A DNA stretch of 64,000 bases from Octopus vulgaris (lineage: Eukaryota), in the NCBI GenBank assembly GCA_951406725.2, contig OX597815.1, forward strand, positions 133,424,001 to 133,488,000, read 5' to 3'. Below, one piece after another: positions 1-13,797 of the stretch (its first letter is position 1; the number at the start of each line of letters is the position of its first letter). Made by a program: the position numbers and the translations under genes. The notes below the pieces were generated by a model, which saw nothing but the letters and a program-made list of their open reading frames with translations, made no database searches and had not been told where the DNA came from.

Positions 1-1055
1 TTTTAGCTGGCTCAGGGCTGATATAAAAAAACAGTTGCCAATGGTGATGTGCAGTGCAACTGAACCTAAAATCATGTGCTAATCAAGGAAATTTGTTCAA
101 AATATTTGGATACAAATCATATTTCATAAAATGCAAATTGTCAGTGAACACTTTTGATGTAAACTGACCAGAAATTGCTCTTGGCTCCATGATACAAACT
201 TTTGCTTTAAAATGATCTAAATCAAACACTTCTTATCACACTTTGATGCTAATTTATGTTCCAAGAACTGACTTAATAATGACATGGTTATTCTACTAAA
301 TTCTTCATTATATTCAAAATTTCATTAGAAATATGGTAACAAAAAGGTTAATCTACAGTACATACTTTGACAAAATTCACATTATATCTCAAATATGCAA
401 TATGAATAATTTATAAACTGCTCATTAAGGTGATTCTAAATTACTGACTCATACAGATTTTATTGTATCAAATAAATTAGTAATTAAACTGGTAAATTTA
501 AACTAATCTTAAGAATGAGTATAGAAAATTCAAAACTGTTGTACATTTTCTGTGGTATTAATAAAATATATGATCTGAAAGCTGGAAGAGTTAAGAATTT
601 TAACAAATTTTTTTAAAAATTGGTTATAATCAGTATTTTCAATTTGACAAATTTGAAAGGCAAGATTTTCTGCAGTAAGAATTAAAGTTTTGCAAAAAAT
701 TTTTTTTTTAAATCAGCTTAGTAATGGTTTCTGATTTGGGTACAAGGCCAGCAATTTTGAGAGGGGTGGGATTGACCACAGTACTTGACTGGCTGGTACT
801 TTATTTTATCAACATCAAAAAGATGAAAGGCAAAATTGATCTTGGCAGGATACTAACCCAGAACGTAAAGAGCTGGAAGAAATAGCACAAAGCATTTTGT
901 CCAAAACTCTAACAGTTCTGTCAATCCACGGTCCTTAGGTAATTAATAAGATGGAATCGACCAGATTAAAATATCAAAATATCATTTATACCACTTGAAC
1001 TTGAACAACAAAAGAAAGATACAAATCAAAAACTAAAATTGATATTTACACTTAC

Positions 1056-1150
1056 GGTAGCTCCATTACTTTCATACAGAGGGCACTTCTGTTTGATTTT
1101 ATGGAGCTCCATGTTTATTTGACGGCTACACACAGTGATAGGGTTCCCAC
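1056..1150 (-). CDS. KDM1A: KDM1A exon 8 ([32 protein letters not shown]); gene continues beyond the window
   Basis: Acceptor TTTCAG|GT, donor ACC|GTAAGT; 95 nt, phase 1 to 0. [10 protein letters not shown] motif. Confidence 0.96.
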
Positions 1151-1959
1151 CTGAAATAAAAGCAAATCAGTTTTTCAACTTTTACAAAGAATGGACAACA
1201 TTATTTGACTTACATGGATAAAAAGACTCATACACTACCTCATAACCTGTAAACTTGACGAAGAGCATCATTTTACGAGTGCTTCTCCATGTTAGCATAA
1301 GTCGAGTGGGTTGTCATAAACTGAGCCAGTTACTTGAAGATAATGCCTTTCTAGATGTATCTGGGATCAAGTATCACTCATATGTTCCTTTTTAAGCATA
1401 ATTTCTTTTGTTGTATACCTTTCTTATCCCCAACCACTTTACACAGCACAGTGAATGCATTTTATCATGACACTAACACTAGTGTTAGTGTCATGATAAA
1501 AAGTTTCACCATACCCTGCATGTTTATATGAAAAGTGAAATTAAAGTCTATTATTTCCCATTTCTACTGTATTTGTATTTTTTAAAAAACCTACTAATTG
1601 ATGTTCAAAAGAAAATGTTTTCTTTCATTCCAAAATGAAGGTAAGTTGAATGTAGAACATATTTTTTTTTTACTCTGGTTCAGTCTCTTTCACCACTCCT
1701 ATTGACACACAGGCAATCCAGACAACATTGATTTTCTTACTTCTAAACCAAGTTTTTACCAAACCATTACTGCTGCACAAAGGTGCAGCAGTAATGGTTT
1801 GAGAGAGCAGTGCAGGCCATCCAACTCCAACCTTATTTCAACTACCCACCACTTCCACATCTCTCAAACTCAATGACAGTTCTGCTCAATTGAGTTCCAC
1901 CACTTCTATGCTGTTTCTGACAGTACTTTCTGATCTAGGTTACATCAAATGAACTAGGC

Positions 1960-3082
<1,123 letters not shown>

Positions 3083-6000
3083 CTATAGGAAATAGAGAAA
3101 AATAATACTTTAACTACATATAAGATTTAATACGTTTTTTATAAGAGATTTTCCTTGTAAGCAACATAGATAGATTGTCACTCCCTTAAGTGCCTATATA
3201 ACATAAATTCAGGTCTCAACTATTATAGAAAAGAACTGAAAATGTGATCTAGAGTATCTCAGCTGATTATATTTTGTAAAGCAACTAGAACACAAAATGC
3301 AACATGACCTGTTTACGATCCACAACCCACAGCATCAATAAAGTTAATCAGATATTTGATGTTTGGCATTATTTATTCCACTTTCATAAGTCAGACTTAT
3401 TTACAGATTTTATTTGAGCAGTATTGTTTTAAGTAAGATGCACTTCCAACACTTTTGACAAAAAGAGAAATGTGGTCTTCAAAATATCTCTTCTAGAACA
3501 GCTTCATGCCTGTACCTAGCACCAGTTTTTGAGAAGATTCACAATAAAATTGCCAAATCAATTGCTACTTTTCTTTTAATCAATTTAGTATAGAGTTATT
3601 TAACCTCAGAATGTAACAGTAAAAGCAAACTAACTCTACAACAAACTTAAATACCGCCTATATTTAAGTGCACAACAGGTCAGAAGAGGTTACAGTGCAA
3701 AACTACAAAATTATAAATTCAGATTTCACTACTGTCACTTAACTATGCTCTTCCTGTTGCCAACCAAAATGCTATTTCCTAATGGCCAGACATATTTTTG
3801 CAGACACTGCTGGTATGACAATTTGTATTCATTCTTGATTTCGGTTGAGTGGTTAACAATCAGAAGGACATCCAACTATAAACAACAAATAAACTACCCT
3901 ATCCATTTAAGTCTAGAAAAATAGAAACAAAATTCAAGAGAAAAAGTGTTATATCATTTGATAATATTTTTGTATATTTGTTTTCAATGTTAAACTCAAC
4001 AACAGTTATTAACTCAACAACAGTTACATTTTAACTTAAATGCAGTGAACCATCAATTAGTCCTTTAGACAAATTTCAACTTAAATATCCAACAAGGCTA
4101 TTGCTCATGACTGCATGTTAAAAATATATACTATGAAATGATTAAGTGCTATCTACTGAAATTGAACTAAAGCTACTTTAAACATAATACTGTTCCAACA
4201 AATTAACTCAATTATCTATGCTAAGAGATAAGGCAAGTCCATTGTACAGATATTCTTTAATCCTATTACTTAACACCATCATCATCATTTACAACTGTTT
4301 CACATGATGGCATAGCTTGAATACCTACATACATCTATTTTTAGTCCAGTTGTCTTAAATTATCTCTGTGACCTAATCAGCAATCTATGTGGATGTTACA
4401 AAAGCATAGCAGTCAGAATAAGCACTGCATGGGAAAAGTTCTGAAGACAACAAATTGATTCTCTCTTTCCAAGTAAAGGCAGACTATATGATGCATGCAC
4501 ACAAAATGTGATGCTGCCCAGTAGGAAAACATGAACAGTGAACAAGGAGAATGTTTGAAAAGTCGTAAGAAATGAGAAAGCACATTTGTTGGATGTCATT
4601 GAATACTGAATATTTAATATCATGAACACTGTAACATAAATGAACTGAAAGTACAACTATAGTGTGCTAGAAAGACATGAGAACATGAAGGATAACTGCC
4701 AGGTGATCTAAACAGAAGGAATCCGTAAGGAAGACCAAAAAAAAAAACATTATGAAAGCTGATCTCAAGATGTTGACCTCTTGAAGATCACAAGGGACCA
4801 ACTAATGGTGAGACCCTATACTGGAAAAAACCTGTCCATCCTATGCAAACAGAAATATAAACAAGGTTCAAAACCTTTGTAATCATTTCTATTTCCTCCT
4901 CTAGTGCCTAAGCACAAATAAACTGAAAGAAAATCTTGGTATAAAAAGAATCAGCTATAGTGTTCAAGAGAGAACTGGTACAGACATATGATGTGTATAG
5001 AAGTTTAACAGTTAGTAAAGAGATGTCCAAAGATCCTTGTGGAAAGAACTAGCAGACAAAGAAGACCAAAAAAAGATAAGAGAAGTGGCAAAAGCTGATC
5101 TCAGGAAGCTGAAACTCACAAAGGCTCACAATGGACAGTCTACATTGTTCCAGGTACATTATGTTTTAAGTTTGCATTTCAAACCTAACAGATCATAGCT
5201 GACTCCTTCCTATCAGCAGCAGGGAATTTTCAAATTCACTTACCAACAAGATGACACTCCTGGCACATGTCTGTTAAAATGTACATTTTAGAACAAAGAA
5301 AGAGAAAATATTTTTTAAAGCTATAAAGGTAGAAAATCCATCATCTTCCAGTTGCTTTAGACACAAAACAATAAATCATCATTGTCTCTGATCAAAAGGT
5401 AGTTGTGGTCACCCAGTTAATAAATATTATAAATCAAATCAACTAGTTTTATATTAGAGTTTATGAGTAAATCCCAAAATCTATTTGTTTGTCCCTCTCC
5501 CCACTTTTGAACTACTTCTAATAGAATGACTAACAGTTTTGTTTTAAAGCTCACATTTCCATGGACTTTATGAGACAGATTTTCCATGACAGGATGCTCT
5601 TCCTGTTGCCAACCAAAATGATATTTCCTAATGGCCAGGCATATTTTTGCAGAGTATTGGAAATGAATGACACTGCTGGTATGACAATTGCACTCGTTTA
5701 CAATCATCATGCAATGTCAAGACAAAGAAACACAAATACACCCCCCACACACACACATATGCAACAGGTTTCTTTCAGTTTCTGTCTACCAAATCCACTC
5801 GTAAAGTTTTGGTCAGCTCAGGGCTATAGTAGAAGACATTAGGGATTAAATGTGAAATCATCTGATTAGGAAGCAAACTTCTTAACCACAGAGCCATGCA
5901 TACACCTAATCTATAAATAAAAACAACTAAACTCCTCTACCTGTACTACTAGTACAATGATGAACCCAATCAATAGAATCAGTATCAATATACTCAATCA

Positions 6001-6114
6001 AACTTGATAATTATTGCAATAACAAAAGTAAACTTCATTACATACAAATTTCCTGTACAGAAACTACATATGATGGAAAATAACAAATGAAACAAAAAAA
6101 AAACCCATACATAC

Positions 6115-6221
6115 CCGGGCCTCAACAATTGTGACATCCATTCCAAATGAAATGAGTTGACGAGCTGCAGTCAGTCCAGCCATTCCAGCGCCAATAATTA
6201 CCACACGACCATGTTTCTTTA
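6115..6221 (-). CDS. KDM1A: KDM1A exon 6, FAD-binding GxGxxG ([36 protein letters not shown])
   Basis: Acceptor CTTAG|TA, donor CGG|GTATGT; 107 nt, phase 1 to 0. Rossmann GAGMAG motif. Confidence 0.96.
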
Positions 6222-6632
6222 CTAAGAACATTAACAGAAAATAAAATGGGAGTTTATACAGTAATAATACAATTTCATCCTACACCAGCAGTTAGCATGT
6301 ATATCATCATCATCATTTAACATCTGCTTTCCATTTTGGCATGGGTTGGATAGTTTGACATGGGGCTATCCAAACTCCAATTGTATGTTGTAGCATAGTT
6401 TCCACAGCTGGATGCCCTTCCTAACACCAACCACTTCACAGAGTGTGCTGGGTGTTTTTTATGTGCCACCAATATGGGTGCATTTATGCGGCACCGACAC
6501 CTGCAAAGGACAATCCTGTACGTGGGGAAGATGGCAATTTTACTTAGCTTGACACATCTTATCAAGTATAACAAGTTGCCACATCTCCCAATCCCTTGTC
6601 GTTTCTTCAGTGAGGCCCAGCGTCTGAAGATA

Positions 6633-7827
6633 TTGGGTCCTCCTATAAATAATGCATTTTTTTTCAATTGCATAAATTAAAAGTTGGAGGGGGATGGGAT
6701 AAACTACGTGCATCAACTTGCTATAAAAGCTGGTAGTAATTTTACCTTATCCTTAGTGCAAGTTTTGAAGAGTGCATTTCGATTTTAACAGTTATTTTTT
6801 CGATGTTATAATGGAAGTGACAAAGGAGCATATTCGGCATATTTTGCTTTATGAGTTCAATAAGGCAACAACACAACAGAAAATGCAAGGAATATTAATG
6901 CAGTATATGGGGATCAGGCAATGAGCATAAGCCAGTGTCAACAGTGGTTCCCAAAATTCCAAACTGGAAACTACAGCCTAGAAGACAAGCCTCTTCCTGG
7001 AAGATCTGTACAGCTTGACAAGGACGTCCTACAAACCCTGGTGGAACAAAATCTCATTGTAACTGTTGAGGGACTAGCAGAGAAACTTGGATTTGATCAC
7101 TCAACAATCCATCAACACCCATGTGCCATCAGAAAAGTCAGAAAATTGGGTCAATGGGTTCCTCACATACTTTTCACATCTAATAGCGCACAGAGAATGA
7201 ATGTGTACTCTTCTTTGCTGTCACATCTCACAAATGAACCTTTTTTGGGGACTGAATAGTGACTGGTAACGAGAAATGAGTTCGCTATAAAAGTGACAAG
7301 CACCAAAGACAGTGGGTAGGGAAAGGACCCAGGCGAAAGGTCTTCACCCATGTAAGGTTATCTGTTTGGTGGGATATGAAAAGCTTAGTCAACTTTGAAC
7401 TTTTAAACCCAAACCAAATGATAACAAAGGCGATCTACTGTGAGCAGCTTAAGTCAGTGCTAGAAGAAAAATGACCAGCCACATACAGCAAGGATGACAT
7501 TCCAAAAGTTGGTACAGTTTGAATGGGAAATGATGCCCCATGCACCCACCATATTCGCCGGACATTGCTCCATCTGATTATCATTTATTTTGCAGTCTTC
7601 AAAATCATTTAGACAGAAAAAATATGAATTCTGTAGACGAGATCAGAATAGTACTGGAAGAGTATTTTACATCACAGACAAGTGAATTTTGGAAGAGGGG
7701 CCTTGCAAGTCTACCAGAAGAGCATTGCAGAAAATGAAGGAGAGTATATTTTAGATTAAAACTTTGTTTATCTTAATTTTGAAAAATAAAAGTATTAAAA
7801 AACTGCATTATTTATGGGATGACCTAA
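6633..7827 (+). mobile_element. Mariner (Tc1/mariner) DNA transposon with pseudogenised transposase (~6811-7758)
   Basis: TIRs TTGGGTCCTCCTATAAATAATGCA and TGCATTATTTATGGGATGACCTAA; TA duplication at 6631-32 and 7828-29; motifs MEVTKEHIRHILLYEF, WVPH and HPPYSPDIAPSDYHLF; frameshifts and stops. Confidence 0.93.
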
Positions 7828-8189
7828 TACTTTCTCCCCACTTTGTCCCACGTCTCCCTGAGTCTACCCATTCCATAGGTACCCTCCACAGTTAAAGCTT
7901 AGCACTTCTTTACGCAGCTGTAAACAAAAAAGTGATTAACAATGTAATGAGAATAAATAGATAAGCTATGACTAAACTGCTACTATGTCAACAAAAGTCA
8001 AGTACAGACGTTTATTTTTTGCTAAATGCTTCTCCTGCAGTTGCCTTACTAGAAAGATAGATAGCACCAGTAGTTTCTCCCAGGCACAAAACCAAACTCA
8101 AATTCTTTAAAATGCTCAGAAGGATGCTTGAAGTAGTTAATAAATTCTATTACTTGCATGATTTAATTAGCAAAGTAGCCAGAGTAAGA

Positions 8190-8660
8190 ATGAGGAGGAA
8201 AAGATTTAGGGAGATATTACCTCTGCTGGCAACAAAAGGGATTAATTTTATGAGTAAAAAGCAAAAATTGTACGATGCTAGCATGTGAAGTTTGATGTTG
8301 CATAGTAATGAAACATAAGTAGTGACTGTGGAGAATAAGTGAAAGCTGGAAAGAAATGTGGTATGCTCAACAGGATGTGTAATGTCAGTGTGTATAAATG
8401 ACAGAACACAAGTAAGCTGAAAGAAAACTGCGTTTAAAAGGAAACACCTGTAGTGTTCAAGGGACAAAACTGCAGTGGTACAGACGTGTATAGATGATGA
8501 CAATTGGTAAGAAAGTATCCAGAGATCCAAGTGTTAAGATCCAGCAGAAGCTGAATCTCACAAAGATGACAAAATACCCCAAAACAATGGGTAAGACACT
8601 GTACTTGAGAACTATCCAATCCATACAAGCATGGAAAAACATGTAGAAATAATGATGACA
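8190..8660 (+). mobile_element. Decayed RTE 3' fragment
   Basis: Similar by eye to the C-terminal part of the 29.7-30.2 kb RTE ORF, in the opposite orientation, ending in an ATG-rich tail. Confidence 0.6.
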
Positions 8661-9105
8661 ATAACTTGTAGATACATTAACAGCAGTTTAATGAGCCTTT
8701 ATTGCTTGTAAAGATATTTATATTTAAATATATTTTTAATATCTCCAGTATCTTTCAATATATTCAAACAAAACATCTGTATTTTTAAAACAGTTTCTGC
8801 ATATCATTACAAACTGCATTATATTTTGTCTTGAATCTTTAGCTCAGAAGTTCTTATTGACATTCAGCACTAAAATATACACTAGTTTTCCAGTATATAT
8901 TCTAAGTTCCTTGAACTGTTAAGAACGATGTCAAATTGACAAATTATATTCTTTTCTACTCTAAGAACAAGGTCCAAAATTTTTGGGGCAGGGGCCAGTC
9001 AATTAGATCAACCCCAGTATGCAACTGGTACTTAATTTACTGACCCTGAAAGGATGACAGGCAAAGTCGACCTCGGTGGAATTTGAACTCAGAACGTAAA
9101 GACAG

Positions 9106-12100
9106 GTGGTACTGGCAACGGCCACGCTCAAACAGTGTTTCTTATGTGCCACCTGCACTGGAGCCAGCCCGGCGGCACCAGCAACGAGCTCACTCGAATA
9201 TTTTTCATGTGCCAGTAAGGTGACACTGGTAACGATCACGCTCGAATGGTGCTTTTTATGTGCCACCAGCACGGAAGCCAGTCAGCTGCTTCTGGCAACG
9301 ATCACACTCGGATGATGCTCTTAGCGCTGCACTAGCATGGATGCCAGTCATCGAATTTGATTTCAATTTCACTTGCCTCAACAGGTCTTCGCAAGCAGAA
9401 TTTAGTGTCCAATAAAGGAAAGGTACACATAAGTGGGCTGGTTACACACCTGGCATAGGCCACGGGTTATGGTTTCACTGGCTTGCCGGATCTTCTCAAG
9501 CACAGCATATTTCCAAAGGTCTCAATCACTAGCCATTGCCTCAGGACGTGCTTCACCACCTCATCCCAGGTCTTCCTGGGTCTACCTCTTCCACAGGTCC
9601 CCCCAACCACTAGGGTGTGACACTTTTTCACACAGCTATCCACATCCATTCTCGCCACATGACCATATCAGCGCAGTCGTCTCTCTTGCACACCACATCT
9701 GATGCTTCTTAGGTCCAACTTTCCTCTCAAGGTACTTACACTCTGTTGAGTATGCACACTGACATTACACATCCAGTGGAGCATACTGACTTTATTACTT
9801 GCAAGCTTATGCATGTCTTCAGCAGTCAGGGCCCATGTTTCACTGCCATGTACCATGGCCGTTCATACACATGGGTCATGCAGTCTACCTTTTACTCTGA
9901 GCGAAGGGCCCTTTGTAACCAGCAGAGGAAAGAGTTCTCTGAACTTTGCCCAGGCTATTCTTATTCTAGCAGCTACACTTTCAGTGCACCCACTCCTTCT
10001 AGTTTTTCTCCCTGAAATGTGACAGAAGTTGTTCTCTGCACATTTTCAGTGTTTATTGGCCCTGAGCATCTGCCGCATACAAAAACTATCTTCCCAGCTA
10101 GCCTTCCTTTGATATTGCTGCACCTCTTATGTGTCCATAGCTTACACTGGGTACATCTTATAAGAGTTTCTACCTACACCTTTTCTACAAATCGAGCAGG
10201 GCCATCTACCTGAAGGGATTTGTGGTTTGCCTTCCTACTTATAAAACCTACTTTGGTTTTAGCTAGGTTAACTCTAAGGTCCTTTGATTTTAATCCTTGT
10301 TTCCACACCTGAAGCTTCTCTAGTTCTGATAGTGACTTAGCAATTAGAGTAAGGTCATCAGCATAGCGGAGCTCCCAGGGGCATCCTGTCTTGAATTCCT
10401 GTTCTTGCCTGGAGGACTATGATAAATAGGAGGGGGTCTGAGGACTGAACTTTGGTGGACCCCTACCTCTACCCAGAATTCTTCACTATACTCGTTGCCA
10501 ACCCTCATATTACTGACAGTATCCCTGTACATGGCTTGCACAGCTCTCACTAACCATTCATCTATCCCTAGTTTCCTCATTGACCACCAGATAAGGAATC
10601 TGGGGACCCTGTCAAAAGGCTTTCTCCATGTCATCAAAACCAGGTACAGAGGCTTATCTTTGGTTCGGTATTTCTCCTGCAGCTGTCTTACCAGAAATAT
10701 AGCATCAGTGGTGTTTTTGCCTGGCACAAACCCAAACTGCATCTCATCTAAACTGACTCTCTCCCTAATTAGTTGGGCTATGACCCTCTCCGTGAGCTTC
10801 ATTACCTGATCCAACAGTTTGATACCTCTGTAATTATTTGTATCTAAAGTATCACCTTTACCTTTGTAGCAGTTGACTATGGTGTTGCTACACCAGTCAT
10901 TGGGCATGACTCCTTCCTGTATCACCTGGTTAACTATACGGGTAATTAGGCTATAGCCAACACCGCCAGATATTTTGAGCATCTCTGCGGTGATTCCTGA
11001 TGGGCCGGGGGCTTTCCCTGTCTTCATAATCTTAACTGCTTTATCTAACAAGGTACTGTCAACTCGGATAGCTGGTCCCTCTGTTGAGTCAACATTCACA
11101 GACTCTCTTTCTCCCATTCATTCTTTTTATTGAGCAACCTTTCATAGTGGCGTCTCCAAACTTCTCTCTTTGCAGCCTCGTTTAGTGCAAGTGAACCATC
11201 ATACATGTGGACACAATTCTCTCTCACACACTGTCTTGCAATACGTAAGTACCTCAAGTCTTTGGTCGTCATGGCACAGAACATAGGCAAATTTTTTCTT
11301 ATCTGCTTCCCCTCTGGTGAAATAAACATGTCTCTTAGCTTCCCTTCTGGCAGTCTGACACAATTCCCTGCTACCACTGTCCTTCCAAGCCTGTTTCTTT
11401 TGTCTAATAGCCCTGTCAACAACACTGTTCCACCACTACGTTATTTTGGGTCGAGAGGGGACTTTACACCATCCACAGATCTGGTCAGTGGCCCTCAGCA
11501 GGTTGTCTCGTAGAAACCTCCAGTTGTCTTCCACATCATGTGAAGCTATATCCCCTTCTATTTCATCAAAGACTTCAAGTAATACGTCTCTAAATCTCTG
11601 TCCATTCGCAGGATCTTTAAGCTTCCAGACCTTTCTCCTCCATGCTGGTCGTCTTCTGGGCATCCATTTAGCCCTCATCCTACAGTCGCTAACTACCAGT
11701 CTATGTTGTGGGGTACATTCTTCGCCTGGGAAGGTTTTGGCATTTATAAGCAGCCATCTTTCCCTTTTTCTGGCCAGAATGTAGTCAATTTAGCTAGTGT
11801 GTCTGCCAGAACGGTAGGTGACTGGCAGGTTTCCTGAAGTTAGTATTGCAAACCATAAGATCATTTGCATCACAGAACTCCAGCAGCCTGGTTCCTTCCT
11901 CATTGCGGGAACCAAAACTGTAGACTCCATGTACGCCATGGAAGCCCCCTGTATGTTGTCCAACATGCCCATTGAAGTCACCAGCCACAAAGAGAAGGTC
12001 CCTGTCATTCATCAAAGAGGTAGTCTGCAAGAGGGTGTCATAAAATCGGTCTTTCTGTCCATCAGGTAGCCCCAGTTGAGGGGCATAGGCCGAGATAATG

Positions 12101-12345
12101 GTTGCTAACCCATGACGAAGCACTAATCTAATCTTAAGTATTCTGTTGCATACTCTGACTACCTCGATTACCTTATCGACCCATTTCTCCACAAGAAGTA
12201 TACCCATGCCCCCAACCCCGTCAGTGTTCCCTGCCCAGAAAATCTTGTACCTGTGTTCTTTGCCTGTGAGGAACCTAAAGGAAGCTCCTCTCCACCTAAC
12301 TTCTTGGAGGCAGCACAAATCAACACATCTCCGTTCAAGCATCTT
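9106..12345 (-). mobile_element. RTE-clade LINE, near full length, degenerate (AP endonuclease + RT + 3' UTR)
   Basis: Endonuclease motifs LQEVRW, SAYAP and AGDFNGHVG (11794-12342); RT motifs NYRGIKLL and QFGFVPG (10344-11117); collinear with the younger copy at 29-31 kb. Confidence 0.93.
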
Positions 12346-12420
12346 TCCATCTAGTTTAATTCAATTAACCAATTAATATAACCCCTGCCACACACACACA
12401 TAAGGGAAGTAAACATTTAC

Positions 12421-12513
12421 CTGGTAATGGTTTTAGTCTTTTAAAGACGCCAAAATTTATATAACCATATCGATCCAAATAGGCATGAATTCTCATTACT
12501 AGAGGACCATCAC
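12421..12513 (-). CDS. KDM1A: KDM1A exon 5, SWIRM end ([31 protein letters not shown])
   Basis: Acceptor TTCAG|GT, donor CCAG|GTAAAT; 93 nt, phase 1 to 1. SWIRM G-x-INFG motif. Confidence 0.95.
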
Positions 12514-13152
12514 CTGAATAAATAAAACATTAAATAAGATTCTGAAGTAAGAAAGAAATAATTGATGACTCCAATCAAATTTACTGAATACAAAGAAATA
12601 ATTTCCAAGTTAAAAACTCATTGCCTGCAAGCATTGGTGAAAGTACTGTGATAACTTAACCATAGCAACCAATGAAGAAGTCACTATTTAATTATAGAAT
12701 TTCTAATTAAAAAAAACAAACTTATTTCATATAACTGAAGTGTGAATTATCATAGCAACTTAACCCACCCACTTCCATCCTACACACTATATATACTGCA
12801 AGGCAATACAATAAAAATATTTGAAGGCACCAAAAATGTTTTATCTATAATTAACTTTTTTTTTTATCTATTTTGTTTACATTTCACTGAAGAGAAAAAA
12901 AAAAGAATAATCAATATTGATTTCATTGGTTAAAAAAAATTGCTTCTATTTTTAACAACTAAATATTGTTGGCAAATCAGAGAAAAATGACTTTATACTT
13001 TCCACATGAATTATTGCTTCAAAAACTAGGTTAGGCCAATGTTTCCAGTTCAAGACCAATTAAAATGTGTAGAGAAAAAAATTAAATAACAGAACACTAT
13101 TTGAAAAAACAAAAACAATCAAGTAATAAATAACATCACAATCTGAACTTAC

Positions 13153-13231
13153 TATTGTAGGGTGGTTCTATCTGAGGTAGGCAATTTTCAACAGTGATTT
13201 GTAATTTAGGATTTTCCAACCACAACTGGAG
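13153..13231 (-). CDS. KDM1A: KDM1A exon 4, SWIRM (LQLWLENPKLQITVENCLPQIEPPYN)
   Basis: Acceptor TTGCAG|CTC, donor AATA|GTAAGT; 79 nt, phase 0 to 1. Confidence 0.95.
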
Positions 13232-13535
13232 CTGCAAATACATGATGCATTTATTTCAAGATATATTGGCGAAAATTCTCACTTAAATGGTAATTAGTAT
13301 ATGGAAGTGGAGAGGAGGGAATCTTAAATAGTAATATTAATTGATTAAGGTTATAATCATAGAAAAATTATAAGGGCAATTATTTCTTCCTCCCACCCAA
13401 AAATTACTATTAAAAAAAAACCCCAAACTATTCTAAAACTAACATTAATCAATACTCACCAAGGATTTCATAAATTCAAATACATATTATTTAGAGCACC
13501 AACTATGTAAGTTTATCTAAACACAAATATGTAAA

Positions 13536-13797
13536 GCCTGTGCCGGTGGCACGTAAAAAGCACCAATCCAATCATGGCCGTTTGACAGACTCGTCTGGCA
13601 CCTGTGCAGGTGGCACATAAAAAGCACCCACTACACTCATGGAGTGGTTGGCGTTAGGAAGGGCATCCAGCTGTAGAAACACTGCCAGATCAGACTGGGC
13701 CTGGTGCAACCTTCTGGCTTCCCAGACCCCAGTTGAACCGTCCAACCCATGCTAGCATGGAAAACGGACGTTAAACGATGATGATGGTGATGATGAT
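13536..13797 (+). mobile_element. RTE 3'-UTR-only insertion (or RTE-tailed SINE) with (GAT)n tail
   Basis: Reverse-complement match to 29110-29345 (GGCGTTAGGAAGGGCATCCAGC...CCAACCCATGCTAGCATGGAAAACGGACG). Confidence 0.8.

Noticed and set aside
1-1055. Mammalian-type LSD1 microexon 8a (DTVK)
   Set aside because: No convincing AG-12 nt-GT match in the visible part of the intron; the rest is outside the window.
9106-9400. CRISPR-like repeat-spacer pattern
   Set aside because: Degenerate repeats in an RTE 3' UTR, with related spacers, no cas genes and a eukaryotic context.
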